From: Tetramitus jugosus
Taxonomy: Eukaryota > Protista > Heterolobosea
NCBI GenBank assembly: GCA_937625935.1
Contig: OW569383.1
Coordinates: 379,333-443,332, forward strand
Direction of reading: 5' to 3'
Length of the DNA stretch: 64,000 nucleotides
The notes under the pieces are model-generated. The model worked only from the letters and a program-made list of their open reading frames with translations. It made no database searches and was not told the DNA's origin. Of the stretch, positions 50,801-62,451 are shown in pieces. Position numbers and translations under genes: made by a program. Within the stretch, counting starts at the first letter, position 1. The number at the start of each line of letters is the position of its first letter.

Positions 50801-53800
50801 ACCTTTTTGATTCCGTGCTGTTGATTCCTAGTTGCCCTACGGAATTATCACCCCATGAGTAGATTTCACCAGTAGCCGAGAGAGCGTACGAAGAAAAAGC
50901 ACACGCGGTCACTTGAATAATAGGGGCTCCCAACATTGATAATGAGACTCGAGATGGATGCACACTTGGAATGGTTGAGTTTTGTCCTAATTGCCCTACA
51001 GAGTTAGAACCCCATGTGTAAACCTCCCCGTTTCCACCTAGAGCTATACTATGTCTATCACCGACAGCAACATGAACAATGCGTATTGATGACAGTATTC
51101 CCTTGACAGGACTAGAAGTTGCAACCGGTGTAGGAACTATGCGGGTGTAGGCGTCACCCACACCCAGACGTCCAAACTCTCCATTTCCCCAAGCATAGAG
51201 CTTCCCAGAAGAAGAGCGAGCTATTGCATGGTGTGTACCACAACTCACAGCAACTATTTTCTCATTGTTGGCCAAAGAAGGAAAAGTGATTGCTCTTGGA
51301 TTTTTCGAGTAATAGTAGGTGCCCAAGCCCAACACACCCGAGATAGAAGGTGCCCAATGAGGATAATTACAAGGACAAGCAGTTTCACTACAAGGTTTGT
51401 AGTTGTCCTTGCAGAAAATCGTCGCGTCAACAGTATTATAGCCCCAAGAGTACACTGTACCGCTAGAAGTAACAGCGATTGCATGATACCTTCCTGCACA
51501 TGCACTAACAACCTGATGGTTGGTAAGAATATTCTTAGGTCTTATTGCTGTAGATGTTGTTCCGTCACCTAAATTGTAGTAACTATTTTTACCCCATGCA
51601 TACAAGGCATTCTTCCTTGTGATAGCCAGAGCGAAATCCCAACCTGCTGTTATGAACTTAACATGCTCCCCGTACGAAAGAGGATAAGATGTGCTGGTAA
51701 GAACCGTTTGACTTAAATAGTAGTCATCCCCCAGTTGTCCTGCTGTATTTGATCCGACAGTGTACGTCTCTCCATACAACCAAACACTACAATCTGAACC
51801 TGTGAATCCAGAGGAGCACGAACAGGAGTTGTGAGCGATACATATTCCCTGTCCTGAACACACCGAAGAATCTGTTGAATTTGTTCCAAAACAGGTTGTA
51901 AAACCACAATTCGGACCAAAGTAGCCCGACTGACAGATACACATGTCGGTTGCAACACAGATTCCTCTCCAAGAACATGCATAAGGATCATCAGAAAATA
52001 ATCCATAACAATAGGTTCCATTCAATAGAATCAGAGAGTGCCGCCCCCCTGAAGAAACAGATACTATTGACCTGTTTGTGTAAGTTTGAGGGACAGGATT
52101 CACATACTTTTTGAACATTGGTGTAGGATGAGTCATCGACTCACTTCTTCCGTTCAACAGTTGGAAGTTCGATCCTTTTCCCCAACCATATCCATCTCCG
52201 TTCAAATGTCCTGCAATAACACTGTCCTCAAAAATGCTAGAGGACAAAGAATGGATTGATGTTAAGTTCAGCTTGATAGGGATGGGAGCAGGACCGATCG
52301 GCGAACCAATGCCCAGTTGATAATTCGAATTATCTCCCCACGAGTACACACTTCCCTCTGAACTGAGTCCATAAGATGATTTTGCACCTGCTGATATAGA
52401 TTTGAAAGCTACTTTGTACATGGTTTCCTTGTAGAGCATCTTCGGAAATCTTCTCAATTTGGGGATTTTCTCAACTTCATCACCAATCTGTTCGTTGTCA
52501 TTCCTTCCCCATACGTATATCTCCCCTTTCTCACTAAGAGCCATACTATGATACAATCCAGCAGCTATCGAGATTATTTTAATATTGTCGAGAGTTCCTC
52601 CAGAGTTTAGATTTTGGGCCACCGGAACAGGAACCAATTCCTGAGCTCCAACACCATATTGTCCATTACCTAATTGACCAAACTCATTATTTCCCCACCC
52701 CCATACTTCTCCGTTCCTCAATATGACCAAACAATGATACAACCCACATGAAACTGAAACTGCTTCTGCCGGGATTCCTGACACCTCATGAGGTGAGGTT
52801 CTTTGATAAATGTACCCCTGTCCTAAACTACCGATAATTGTGGGTTGAGAGATGCACAGAGATGGAGAAGAGTTAGGACAACATTGTGTATCAGAACACC
52901 AGTTATAGAAGATAGTACACGTTTCACAAGACCTATAGCTGTACCGCACATTACCGTTCAATGTGTTAGAACCCCAGGAGTACACCTTTCCATCTGTTGA
53001 AACTGCGGCAGCATGATACATGGAGGCAGAGGCTGAATTAAAAGTATTTGTCGAGAAAAGTCGCGGTCTATAGTATAAACCATAAGCTGAAGTTCTTCCC
53101 CACTCAAATATTTTTCCATCAAGAGTGATGGCCAACGAGAAGAATTGGCCTGCCGATATGAATTTGACATAAGCATCTGTGGACAAAGGAAAAGAGGTCA
53201 TCCCTAACAGAGAACGACTCAAATAGGAATCATCACCTAGTTGCCCCTGATCGTTGTACCCTGCTGCATACACATACCCAAAGACTGTTTTCTCACAATT
53301 CTCACCGGAATACAAACCATTGGTACAAGAACAGATATTATGAGCAATACATGTACCCCTACTGGAGCAAACACTTGGGTTTGTGGAATTTACCCCAAAA
53401 CAGATCGTGGCTTCACATTCTTCCCCAAAATACCCAGAATCGCAAGTACAAATATCATCTGATGTGCATCTACCTCTCCAGGAACAAACCAACGGGTCAT
53501 CAGCCAACATACCGAAGCATCGTGTGCCATTAAACAACAAGAGAGAGTGCGTAGAACCTGCGCCAACTCCTACTAGACGAGTCGTAGGGAAGTGTATGTT
53601 GACTGTTTGAGCCACAGGTTCCAATCTTTGCTCTGTGGTTTTATCTCCTAGTATTGAATAAGTATTCGTACCCCAAGAGTAACCAACACCCTCAATTGTG
53701 ATGCCCGTAACCCAGTTAGCCGATTTGCTCGGACATATCTCTCTAATAAACACACCCTCCAAAAGCCTCACGAGTCCAGGTATCTTTCGATAAGATCCAA

Positions 53801-56800
53801 CAACTAGTGAGGAGTCTCCTAACAGGCCACCGGCGTTGTGTCCCCATGAAAAAACTGTTCCATTCTTTGAAACTGCGAAAGAAGTACTCATGGCTGCTGA
53901 AATGTGCACAACCTGTTTGGGAAGTGACCTTTCCAATAGAACTGGGACATTTTTTCCTGTAGTAGTGTTGTCTCCCAACTGACCATTTGGATTCGCTCCC
54001 CATGAATATACTTCTCCAAAAGAACCTAATGCAAGCGAATGATGGGCACCTGCTGCTAACTTGATAATGTTCGAGAGCCCCCACACCTTCTGGGCCGTCC
54101 ATGAGTGGCTCGTCGTTCCTGTACCCAGTTGACCATAGGTCCCGTAACCAAACGAGTAAACAGTTCCAATACTGGTGAGCAACAAAGAATGAGAGGTTCC
54201 ACAAAACACTGAAATAGGAATTTCTCCATTTTCCATTCCAATAATCTGTGTTGGTGTGTCATTAAATGATGCACTAGTGACAAAAAGACCCCAACCCCAG
54301 ACTGTTCCATCTAGTTTAACTACTACAACACGATAATTACCAGCACAGCAATCACCAACGTTGCTCATTAAATGATGTGGTTTAGTATGATTGTATTTCG
54401 ATCCATCTCTTAGTTGCCCCCAGGTAAAGAGTTCTCCATCCTTTGACAGAGCAACGGAAAACGATACTCCAGCTTCCACCTTCTTCAGTACCTTCTTGGT
54501 AAGAGAACCTTCCAGGAGCACTAATTCTGCGGTGTATCCTGATGAAGGAATTTCCTCGCTTGCTAGTTGACCGTAGTTACTAAGTCCCAGACCATACCCA
54601 ATACCACTCACATCATTCTCACAATTCGAACCGGAATAGCCAGAGTGACAAAGACATAAATCAACATCTGTACAAACGCCTTTTCCTGAACAAACATTTG
54701 GAGCATCATTGTCAATACCGTTACATTGAAAAGAATTACAATTCGAACCCGAGACTGCTTCTTCACACGAACATTGATTGAAACTCGTACAATTTCCATG
54801 ATAGGAACAAACTAACAGATCATCACTCAACACTCCGAAACATGAGAGAGAATTATTGTAGATCACGAGAGTATGCTGGCTTCCTACTGCTAAACCAACG
54901 ACCTGGCGGTCAGGAAAAAAAAGCCCATACTTGTTGGGGATGAGTTGCTTCGTAGTTGTTCCATCCCCAAGTTGACCATATCCATTACTTCCCCACACAT
55001 ATGCAGTCGATTGAGAAATAACACCAACTGAAGTGCCATAAGTTGATATTCTACGAGCAACATGACCCGAGAGAGTGGTGACAGGTCGATAAGTAGGCGA
55101 GTATTGGATGGTGAGAGAATTAATTCCCAATTGACCTTCCAGGTTACTGCCAGCAGAGTATACGATACCATCGGCAATAACGTATGACGTGCAACAGGAA
55201 CCTGCTATCTCTGTTACCTTTTTTCCGAAGAGAGGAGACGTATTCATAGCTTTTGGCTTCCTTACAGCTGTCCCAGAAGAACCGTCTCCCAACTGACCAT
55301 TCCAGTTGTAACCCCATCGGTACAATGTTCCATCATCTGCGATAGCCATCGAGAAGTGGCTACCAGCCGTTATTGCGGCCACCTTCCGCTTGTAAAGCAA
55401 ACCAGTCAATAGCACAGGCCTGGGGAGATATCGTCTATCTGCTACAAGTCCGTCACCCAGTTGTCCATGAACATTGTAACCCCAGGTCAGGATAGTTCCA
55501 TTTCTTAACATTGCTATGCTGTGATAGGCACCACAAGCAACAGATACCACCTCTCCCCCCAATAGTGATCTTTCAATCAAAAACGGAGACGAGAAGTGAG
55601 AATTGTTTCCTGTTCCAAGTTGACCATAGCTATTATCACCAAACGACCAAACAGATCCAGTGTCATCAACAACCATGGAATGTATGTATCCTGCACACAC
55701 TGACACCACTTTTCCCTGAAACGGTCCAGGTATCAATACTGGGGTGAACTTGGCAGTGAGAGATCCATCTCCTAACTGTCCTCTGTAGTTCTCTCCCACT
55801 CCGAACAACGAACCATTTGACAACAACACAAGAGAAAAAGATTGCCCAACTACTGCGAAGTGGACAGATTGTTGAGAAAAGGCCGAAGAAACGACAGGTG
55901 ACAATCGTGTCAATCCAGACTTTCCGAGGTTATCTCCGAGTTGTCCCACTGTATTCTCTCCTGAACCATAGAGAAATCCTTCATCTTTTTTTTCACATGT
56001 AAGGCCAGAGTATCCTTGATCACAGAGGCAAGTATCGATAGTCATACACTGTCCATGACCAGAACACACTGTTGGATCAGAAGAATTCAACCCATAGCAA
56101 AATGGTAAACTACAATCTCCTCCAGTGTATCCGTCAATACAAGAACAGACATCATTCCCTGTACAGTTACCATGGTTGGAACATACCAAAGGATCAGATT
56201 GGAAAATAGAAAAACAAATAACCGAATCGACTAGAAAAAGAGTGTGGGAGGAACCGATAGCAACCTGAGAGATTTTGCTTAAAGAGATTGGAGGTACAAT
56301 GTTCTGGACATTTGTTATGTGCAAGCCTGTTGATCCTATTCCAAACTGGCCGTTGGAATCTGTCCCCCAACCACAAAGTTCGTTCTCTGTGTCAACAGCA
56401 AAAACATTCTCGGCCACAAAACTAACATGAATTGTCTTGATCGGACGACCAGATAGTATAGTTGCTTCGACAGGGACCGTCGAGTATGATGTTACGGCGA
56501 TGTTTCCAAGCATTCCCGCATTGTTATCTCCCCAAGACATGAGTGTTCCATTAGAAAACACTGCAAATGTCGATCTGGGCCCGGCCCCGATCGCGACTGT
56601 AACTTCTCCAAGCGTAATTTTGTAAGGCGAAGGTACTGTTGCTCCATCAAGGTTACTCGAACCTAGTTGTCCTCTGTCAGAGCTTCCCCAAACATAAACT
56701 CCACCCTTAGATTCCAAAGCGATGTTATGTCTCTCTCCTGTTGCAATATCAACCCATTCCAGAGTCTCTCCACTATCTGGGTCCTGCTTGCTGATCATTT

Positions 56801-57688
56801 GAGGAGATGTCACCAAATCGCCTCCTACAACTCCATTACCAGTCTGACCTTGCTTATTTCCACCCCAGAAGAACATCCTTCTTCGAGAAGTAATGGCTCC
56901 AGAATGATACCTGCCACACCTCACTTTAACCACATCAATGAAAAATGCACTACCCTTCACCTTTGTAGGTACTAACAATTGAGTTGTACTCGTTGGCACA
57001 CCCAGCCAGCCTCCGACGTCAGAATCAGTGTTTGTACCCCAAGAGTATACATTTCCTTGGTCGTCAGCAGCGAGTGCATGATAGTGACAAGCTGCAATTG
57101 AAACAACTCTCTTGTTCTGCAAATCTCCTCGCAGAATAGAGGGAATCTCCACATAGGGTGAGACTACTCCTATACCCAACTGGCCAAAGTTGTTTCTACC
57201 CCAAGTAAATACCTCTCCCTTAGTTGTTAATGCCAGAGAAAATCCATTGCCAGCTGAGACAGCTTCAACCTTCATGAGACCAAATTCACTGTATTGGGAA
57301 AGATTGATACCTACTCTAATCATTTTTCTACTAGAGCTTAATTCTTTGGGATTTAACTCCCCTAATTGAGAGAAGGTATTGTTACCAGCAGCAAAGATAT
57401 GACCTCTGCTCCTCCGAGCACAATAGGGTTGCTCGTAGTTGTCATGACAAACACAAATGTTGTCAGCAATACAAGAACCGTGAGCTGAACACACAGCTGC
57501 TTCACTCGCCAGAATACCATCGCAGGATGGGACCACTGAACAAACACCTACACAGAAAGAATGTTAGAGGATTTTCGAAAGAGATTCGATTGTTAAGTTC
57601 ACATACTCGCACCGAGTAACACCAATACAAAAAGAACCAACAAAACTGATAGAATTGATTTGACTCTCTTCTCTTTCGCTTTCTTCAT
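29817..57688 (-). CDS. Giant (about 9,270 aa) type I membrane protein: signal peptide, 16 RCC1 beta-propeller modules separated by EGF pairs, 25-EGF stalk, IPT/TIG-like region, TM helix, cytoplasmic tail; exons 57688-57607 and 57547-29817
   Basis: Exon 1 encodes MKKAKEKRVKSILSVLLVLFVLVLLGA (signal peptide); a phase-1 GTATGT..TAG intron at 57606-57548 joins it in frame. Repeated RCC1 motifs (VYSWGxNxxGQLG, IAAGxxHSLAL) and EGF motifs (CxGxxxxDxxVCSGxGxC...CxCxxGYxGxxC); TM at about 30130-30220 followed by KRKKK. Confidence 0.95.
41101..48185 (-). repeat. Six near-identical intragenic DNA blocks (propeller modules 7-12, period about 1.35-1.4 kb)
   Basis: The block encoding IAAGRQTAYA...GDNSFGQLGINSTIPMSTTPVRVIGIQNITVLSASVWSDSVQVTTSDG recurs almost base for base near 41.2, 42.6, 44.0, 45.3, 46.7 and 48.0 kb. 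Confidence 0.95.
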
Positions 57689-58169
57689 TTCAATTTGTAA
57701 CTTCGTTTTATTTGTTTTGAATGATAACCAGTAAACGTCAGATGATGGTACAAATACCATTTGGATGAACAGTACGGTCAGTTTACAGTACGAAATAGTA
57801 CGTCGATGTGGTGTCATTCGTAGTAGTATGGTTCGAATACACCGTCCGAATTGTTACCAAATATGAGGTTCCAGATTAATCAAATCCGAACAGTAACACA
57901 TTCCACATATAGATAGTAATCCTTTTTTCCCAGCAGTAAAATGATCGGACACCCACAATCGGAAGAACGATACAGTCACTCATGAGCTATAATCATTTTC
58001 TTTTTTGAGATTGAAAAGTCAAAACGTGTTAGTTGACTGGTCTGCACATACTAGATATGACTTGGGATCAAGAATCAGGCTGAGAAGTCATTGTTTGAAG
58101 AGTCTACGTACACTCAATTGGCTATGTAACGGACGAAATGGATCTTTCATCAAAAGCTGGTTGAAATTA

Positions 58170-59600
58170 ATGGGTTCGTTAGCGGACCGCTCCCTATGCT
58201 TTATCCAACAAAACAGTAAATTTCATATTGTTTCAGTGGAAAGGAATTGTAAAGTTGATCTCATTTGGAGAGATAAATCTGGTTATCATATTCGACGAGG
58301 AACTCTAAGAGACGGAGCCTTTGAAAAAGCCTTTGAGTTAACGAACAACACGCAGGATGACGACAATGATCATTCCAATAATGATGATAGTGATGACAAC
58401 AATAATGAGAACAATGATGATGACAACGATCATCAACAGAACAAGAAAGATAATTCTTCCAGCCGCAAGAGATTTGAGGGAAAGGAGAGCAATAGTGGCT
58501 CTCGACGCTCCTCGAACTCCTCAAGAAATTTCGTGATGAATTACTGTTCATCAATTGAAGAGATTGTAGAGGAACAAGGATTCACGACGGACAGAGAATT
58601 GATTCGCAATAGCAAATGCTTTGCGTTTATCTCTCACAAATCACAATCGACACAATGTCCAGTGTTTGTGAAGTTTTCAATTGGAACCGTTGATGAAGAG
58701 AAAGCAATGAGTGAAGTGCCAAAACATAGGAATTTGGTTCAAATTTTGAAGCATGAACGAGTGAACAAGGCACCAATTGACTGGAAAACTAAAATGGAGA
58801 GTGATGATGAAGATAAGAATATGTGCTACTTAACAGTTACAGAAATACTTGTACCGTATGATCAATACTTGAGTTACAGTAAGATTCAAAAACTGTCTGG
58901 AAGATCTAAATTGAAAATTCTAGATCACCTAATGAGTGGAATAATGAAAGGCGTCAAGGTATTGCACAAGAAGAGAATTATTCATGGTGATTTGTCCATT
59001 TGGAACATCATGTTCAGAAAATCGAACATAGTTGTGGAAAATGACTTTGAATTGCATGATGCTGTTATAATCGATATGAATTGCAGTTACTCATTAACTC
59101 ATTCCATAACGGGTAGCATCGGAAGAACGAGACCATTTGTATGCGAGGAAGACTTTCTTGTCAATACAGCCATGGATATCTTTTCGATTGGTATTTTATT
59201 TGCCCATTATCTAAAACGAATGTTGACTGGAGATGAATGGTTTATTCATCCTGTCACAGACACTATCAAAAACGAAAAGTGCCATAAGATGATATCCAAA
59301 TACATGAATGAGTCAAATGAATCATTCGTTTCAGCTTTTGGTGAAGAATATTTCACTTGCTTCCATCACCTGAAAGCAATAATTGGAGGCTGTATGATCA
59401 CCGATTGGCGTGAGAGAATGAACCTGAGGAGTCTTGAGAAGATTCAGAAAGCGATAAGACAATCGATTGTACAGGCTCCAACATTTGCAACTCGCATCAA
59501 CACAATGCAAAAGGATCACGATGCTCCAAAAACGCTTTCACTGGTGACTGTTCGTAGCTCTGTTGGTCTTGAGAATCCGCTGTCTATTGCTCTTCTTTGA
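58170..59600 (+). CDS. Divergent protein kinase-like protein (5' end uncertain)
   Basis: VFVKF (catalytic Lys), DEEKAM (helix-C Glu), HRNLVQI, IIHGDLSIWNIM (catalytic loop), IIDMN in place of DFG, MDIFSIGIL; first ATG at 58170. Confidence 0.75.
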   Translation: MGSLADRSLCFIQQNSKFHIVSVERNCKVDLIWRDKSGYHIRRGTLRDGAFEKAFELTNNTQDDDNDHSNNDDSDDNNNENNDDDNDHQQNKKDNSSSRKRFEGKESNSGSRRSSNSSRNFVMNYCSSIEEIVEEQGFTTDRELIRNSKCFAFISHKSQSTQCPVFVKFSIGTVDEEKAMSEVPKHRNLVQILKHERVNKAPIDWKTKMESDDEDKNMCYLTVTEILVPYDQYLSYSKIQKLSGRSKLKILDHLMSGIMKGVKVLHKKRIIHGDLSIWNIMFRKSNIVVENDFELHDAVIIDMNCSYSLTHSITGSIGRTRPFVCEEDFLVNTAMDIFSIGILFAHYLKRMLTGDEWFIHPVTDTIKNEKCHKMISKYMNESNESFVSAFGEEYFTCFHHLKAIIGGCMITDWRERMNLRSLEKIQKAIRQSIVQAPTFATRINTMQKDHDAPKTLSLVTVRSSVGLENPLSIALL

Positions 59601-60462
59601 TCCAAACGACGGTAAGATATTCTATCGGTCCTCTGTATCAATTTAGAAATTGAGATGAAAATGTTTCACAATTGCCAGGAGTTGTTTTGAAAGGTTGGAC
59701 CACAAAGCTCTACTTTCTTGTCATTTCGAGGTTCCTGCCACCCCACCTCTCTGTTATTGCTAATTTGCTGCCTATTGGTGGTTGCTAATAGGCCTACAGA
59801 CCCAGTCTGTGATACTTTCTGAGCAAGATCCAACTTGCAACAGCCGAGATCAACAACTCTCTTTTGCAAGGAACGAACAAAATCGATATCAAATGCCATC
59901 TTGTTCTCAAATCCCAAGACACCGGCTCCGATGAAGCTTGGTAACCAATAAACCATACACTTCAACAGAATCCAGTCAGAATGGCAGAGTGCTGAGAATA
60001 GAGCAGTCGGAGAGGTAGTGAACACAATGCAACAAAAGAACTACTAAGTGTTGGTGATATTGCCATTACCACAGACTATTTGTTCGACTATTCGCCAAAG
60101 GTCTACAACGAACTGCCTCAATCTATGAAGAATGAACTTTCAAAATAAATTGTGACCCAATGGTCCCACAATACAACATCGCGGACAATTAACTTCCCTC
60201 CAAAAAAGCAAGAGAGGTACTGTAAATGCATAGGTGACAAATGCATCATTGCATTCAGCGCTTCATTCGGAGTCCTTGACGAGAACGTGGATCAACATGT
60301 TTGTGCTAACGCCAAAACTGAACACACTCCTCAAGCCAAATACTTTAAAACAACCCATCACAACAGGAACCACACCATTGACCCGATTTCCATGTACCGC
60401 AACTATATACCACTTTATCTGTGACCTCCAGGAGCAATTGCTTGATAATCGATGTAAAGAAT

Positions 60463-60668
60463 GGGAGTGTCCAGATATTATTTCTTACGGCCCCCTAGGG
60501 AGGGGGTCTGAGAAATTTATTCAAATATTTATTCATAGGGGTCTCTTGATCCCAATCCTAGTAGGAGAATTAACGTAACGTTCGAATTTATAGGAAAATG
60601 TGTTATTCAAATTTATTCAAAACAGGCAGGGAGGGGGTCAGAGGTGAATATAATATCTGGACGCTCCC
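60463..60668. mobile_element. 206-bp MITE with 19-bp terminal inverted repeats and 3-bp AAT target-site duplication
   Basis: Left GGGAGTGTCCAGATATTAT (60463-60481) versus right ATAATATCTGGACGCTCCC (60650-60668), 18/19 complementary; AAT at 60460-60462 and 60669-60671. Confidence 0.8.
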
Positions 60669-61145
60669 AATGATAGCAATTTACATCTCTTTGGGATCTG
60701 TGGATTTGTACCTGTGATGAACAAAACTGTCATGCCATGCCGATTACAGTTGAATAGTTTAACTGCAGATAGTTATCTTATGGCGTTCCTTCAGTTTTTG
60801 AACACTAATGGACGACGGGATTGACATCAACCTATTATTAAGGCTTGAAACTAGCGTTAGTAGAGATCTTCGAGAAGAATGATTTGGTGGACTAGGGACT
60901 ATAACCTCAAACAACTTACAACTAGACGACGAATAATGTGAAATCCTTACCCATATTATCATTGTCAAATAGAGTTGAACTATTGACCACTACATTCTTG
61001 GTGTGATGAAAGAGTGTTCCTAGAATTAAGAAGTATTCTTGAATCTGTCATACACACAATAGGCCATTTTAATTTTCAACTCCGGTTAACAAAATATCTA
61101 ACACAACCAACGAAAGAACATCGATGATGTAGGCAGTTAACATGT

Positions 61146-61291
61146 ATATGACTGAGGCACCATATAAAGGCATAAGCATATCTCGAGATATGTCTGAGAC
61201 AAAGAAGAATATGCCTAGTACAAAAGCATTGACCTGTATATGCCTAGGACAAAGGAATATACTAATGGATATTCCTCAGACAAAAGCATAT
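61146..61291. repeat. Degenerate short direct repeats (consensus ATATGCCTnGACAAAAG), probable transposon subterminal array
   Basis: Copies start at about 61188, 61209, 61238 and 61269, with a partial copy at 61146. Confidence 0.65.
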
Positions 61292-61350
61292 TTGAACATA
61301 GAACCGAAAATTTAAAATCTGAGCTTGTTGTATTATTAGAAATAGTTAAA

Positions 61351-62429
61351 TCAGATCAAGGAAGATCTTCTACTTCCACCATAGCTCTGACCATTCTGAG
61401 CGTCATTGGCGATTGCACAGAACATTCTAGATGGCTTCTTCTTCTTCTGTGGTGGCTCAGAGCTTGCAGCTGCACCAGATGCACTGGTAGGTGTTAATCT
61501 TGCGCTTGTTAACCTTGCGACTGATGACAGGTGTAGATGGATTGTCAATCTCCTTCTCCATCTTCTTCAGTCCACCACGAGCTTGCAGAATCTGTGCTGC
61601 AGAGTGCTTGCAAGCAACTGCAATAGGACATTGACACTTTGATGTTAGGATCAGACCAGTATTACTAACACTTGTTTCCACAGTGTATTCATTGTTGTTG
61701 GATCCTTTGCAACTTCCAGAGAGTAGAATTCCATCCTTTGTGGTACTTGCCTTCAACACCACAATGTATCCACTCGTTTGATATGAATGTCCTCTGTTCA
61801 CCATTTCTGTACCATAGAACAAGCTCATTCGTCTGAATACTACTCTCTTCAATATCAGACTCGTCAGATGGCATATAATCTGAGTCACTATCGCATTCAA
61901 CACCTCTCTGTGAAAGTACTTTGGTTCTCATCTGACTGTTCTTGATCAGTTGTTCAAGATGAGGGATGACATCTGTATTCGCTTGTCCAGTTGCAGCTGG
62001 TAGACCTCTCTTTGCAGTATCTCCATATGGTCTCTCGTCAAATGGACTTCGAATAGAAGTAAAACCCCCTGGCTCTCCCCTTCTAGCTGCGTTTCTCTTA
62101 TTTCTAGCCAGTTGTGATGTGTCTCTGTATGTCGTCTCCTATCCTTGATCCTTTGCCAATCCTCTACATACTGTGAGAACCATCTCTTTGATGTTGTGTT
62201 CCAGAAAGTATCCCTGGTACACTCCAACATTGTTGTGAAGAATCTCTTGGATGTTGGTACTTGATCTCTTGCCATTTCTCTTCAATACCACTGCATTGAA
62301 CAACATCTTCCTAATGTTAGGGTTGTTCCACCACTGGACATAGTTTGTCAGTGACTCATCAATCAGAGTCAATGCCTTCAATATCGGCTCAATACCATTT
62401 ACATCCTTGACTGTGTTAATCTTGGATAT
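61351..62429 (-). pseudogene. Decayed transposase-like/SWIM zinc-finger gene, 5'-truncated
   Basis: One frame reads ...YVQWWNNPNIRKMLF...STNIQEILHN...G*(62139-62141)ETTYRD...DERPYGDT...; a frameshift near 61825 leads into RGHSYQTSGYIV...YTV...CQCPIAVACKHSAA (SWIM CxC...CKH); a second probable frameshift lies near 61495. Confidence 0.65.
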
Positions 62430-62451
62430 GGGGTTGGGTTTGGGTTTGGGG
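62430..62451 (+). repeat. Interstitial telomeric tract 1
   Basis: GGGGTTGGGTTTGGGTTTGGGG, same orientation as the terminal array. Confidence 0.85.

Noticed and set aside
29863-57547. Dozens of short ORFs overlapping the giant gene on both strands
   Set aside because: Shadow or alternative-frame ORFs with no motifs; their recurrence simply mirrors the internal repeats.
59666-60025. 119-aa - strand ORF
   Set aside because: Non-ATG start and no recognisable domain.
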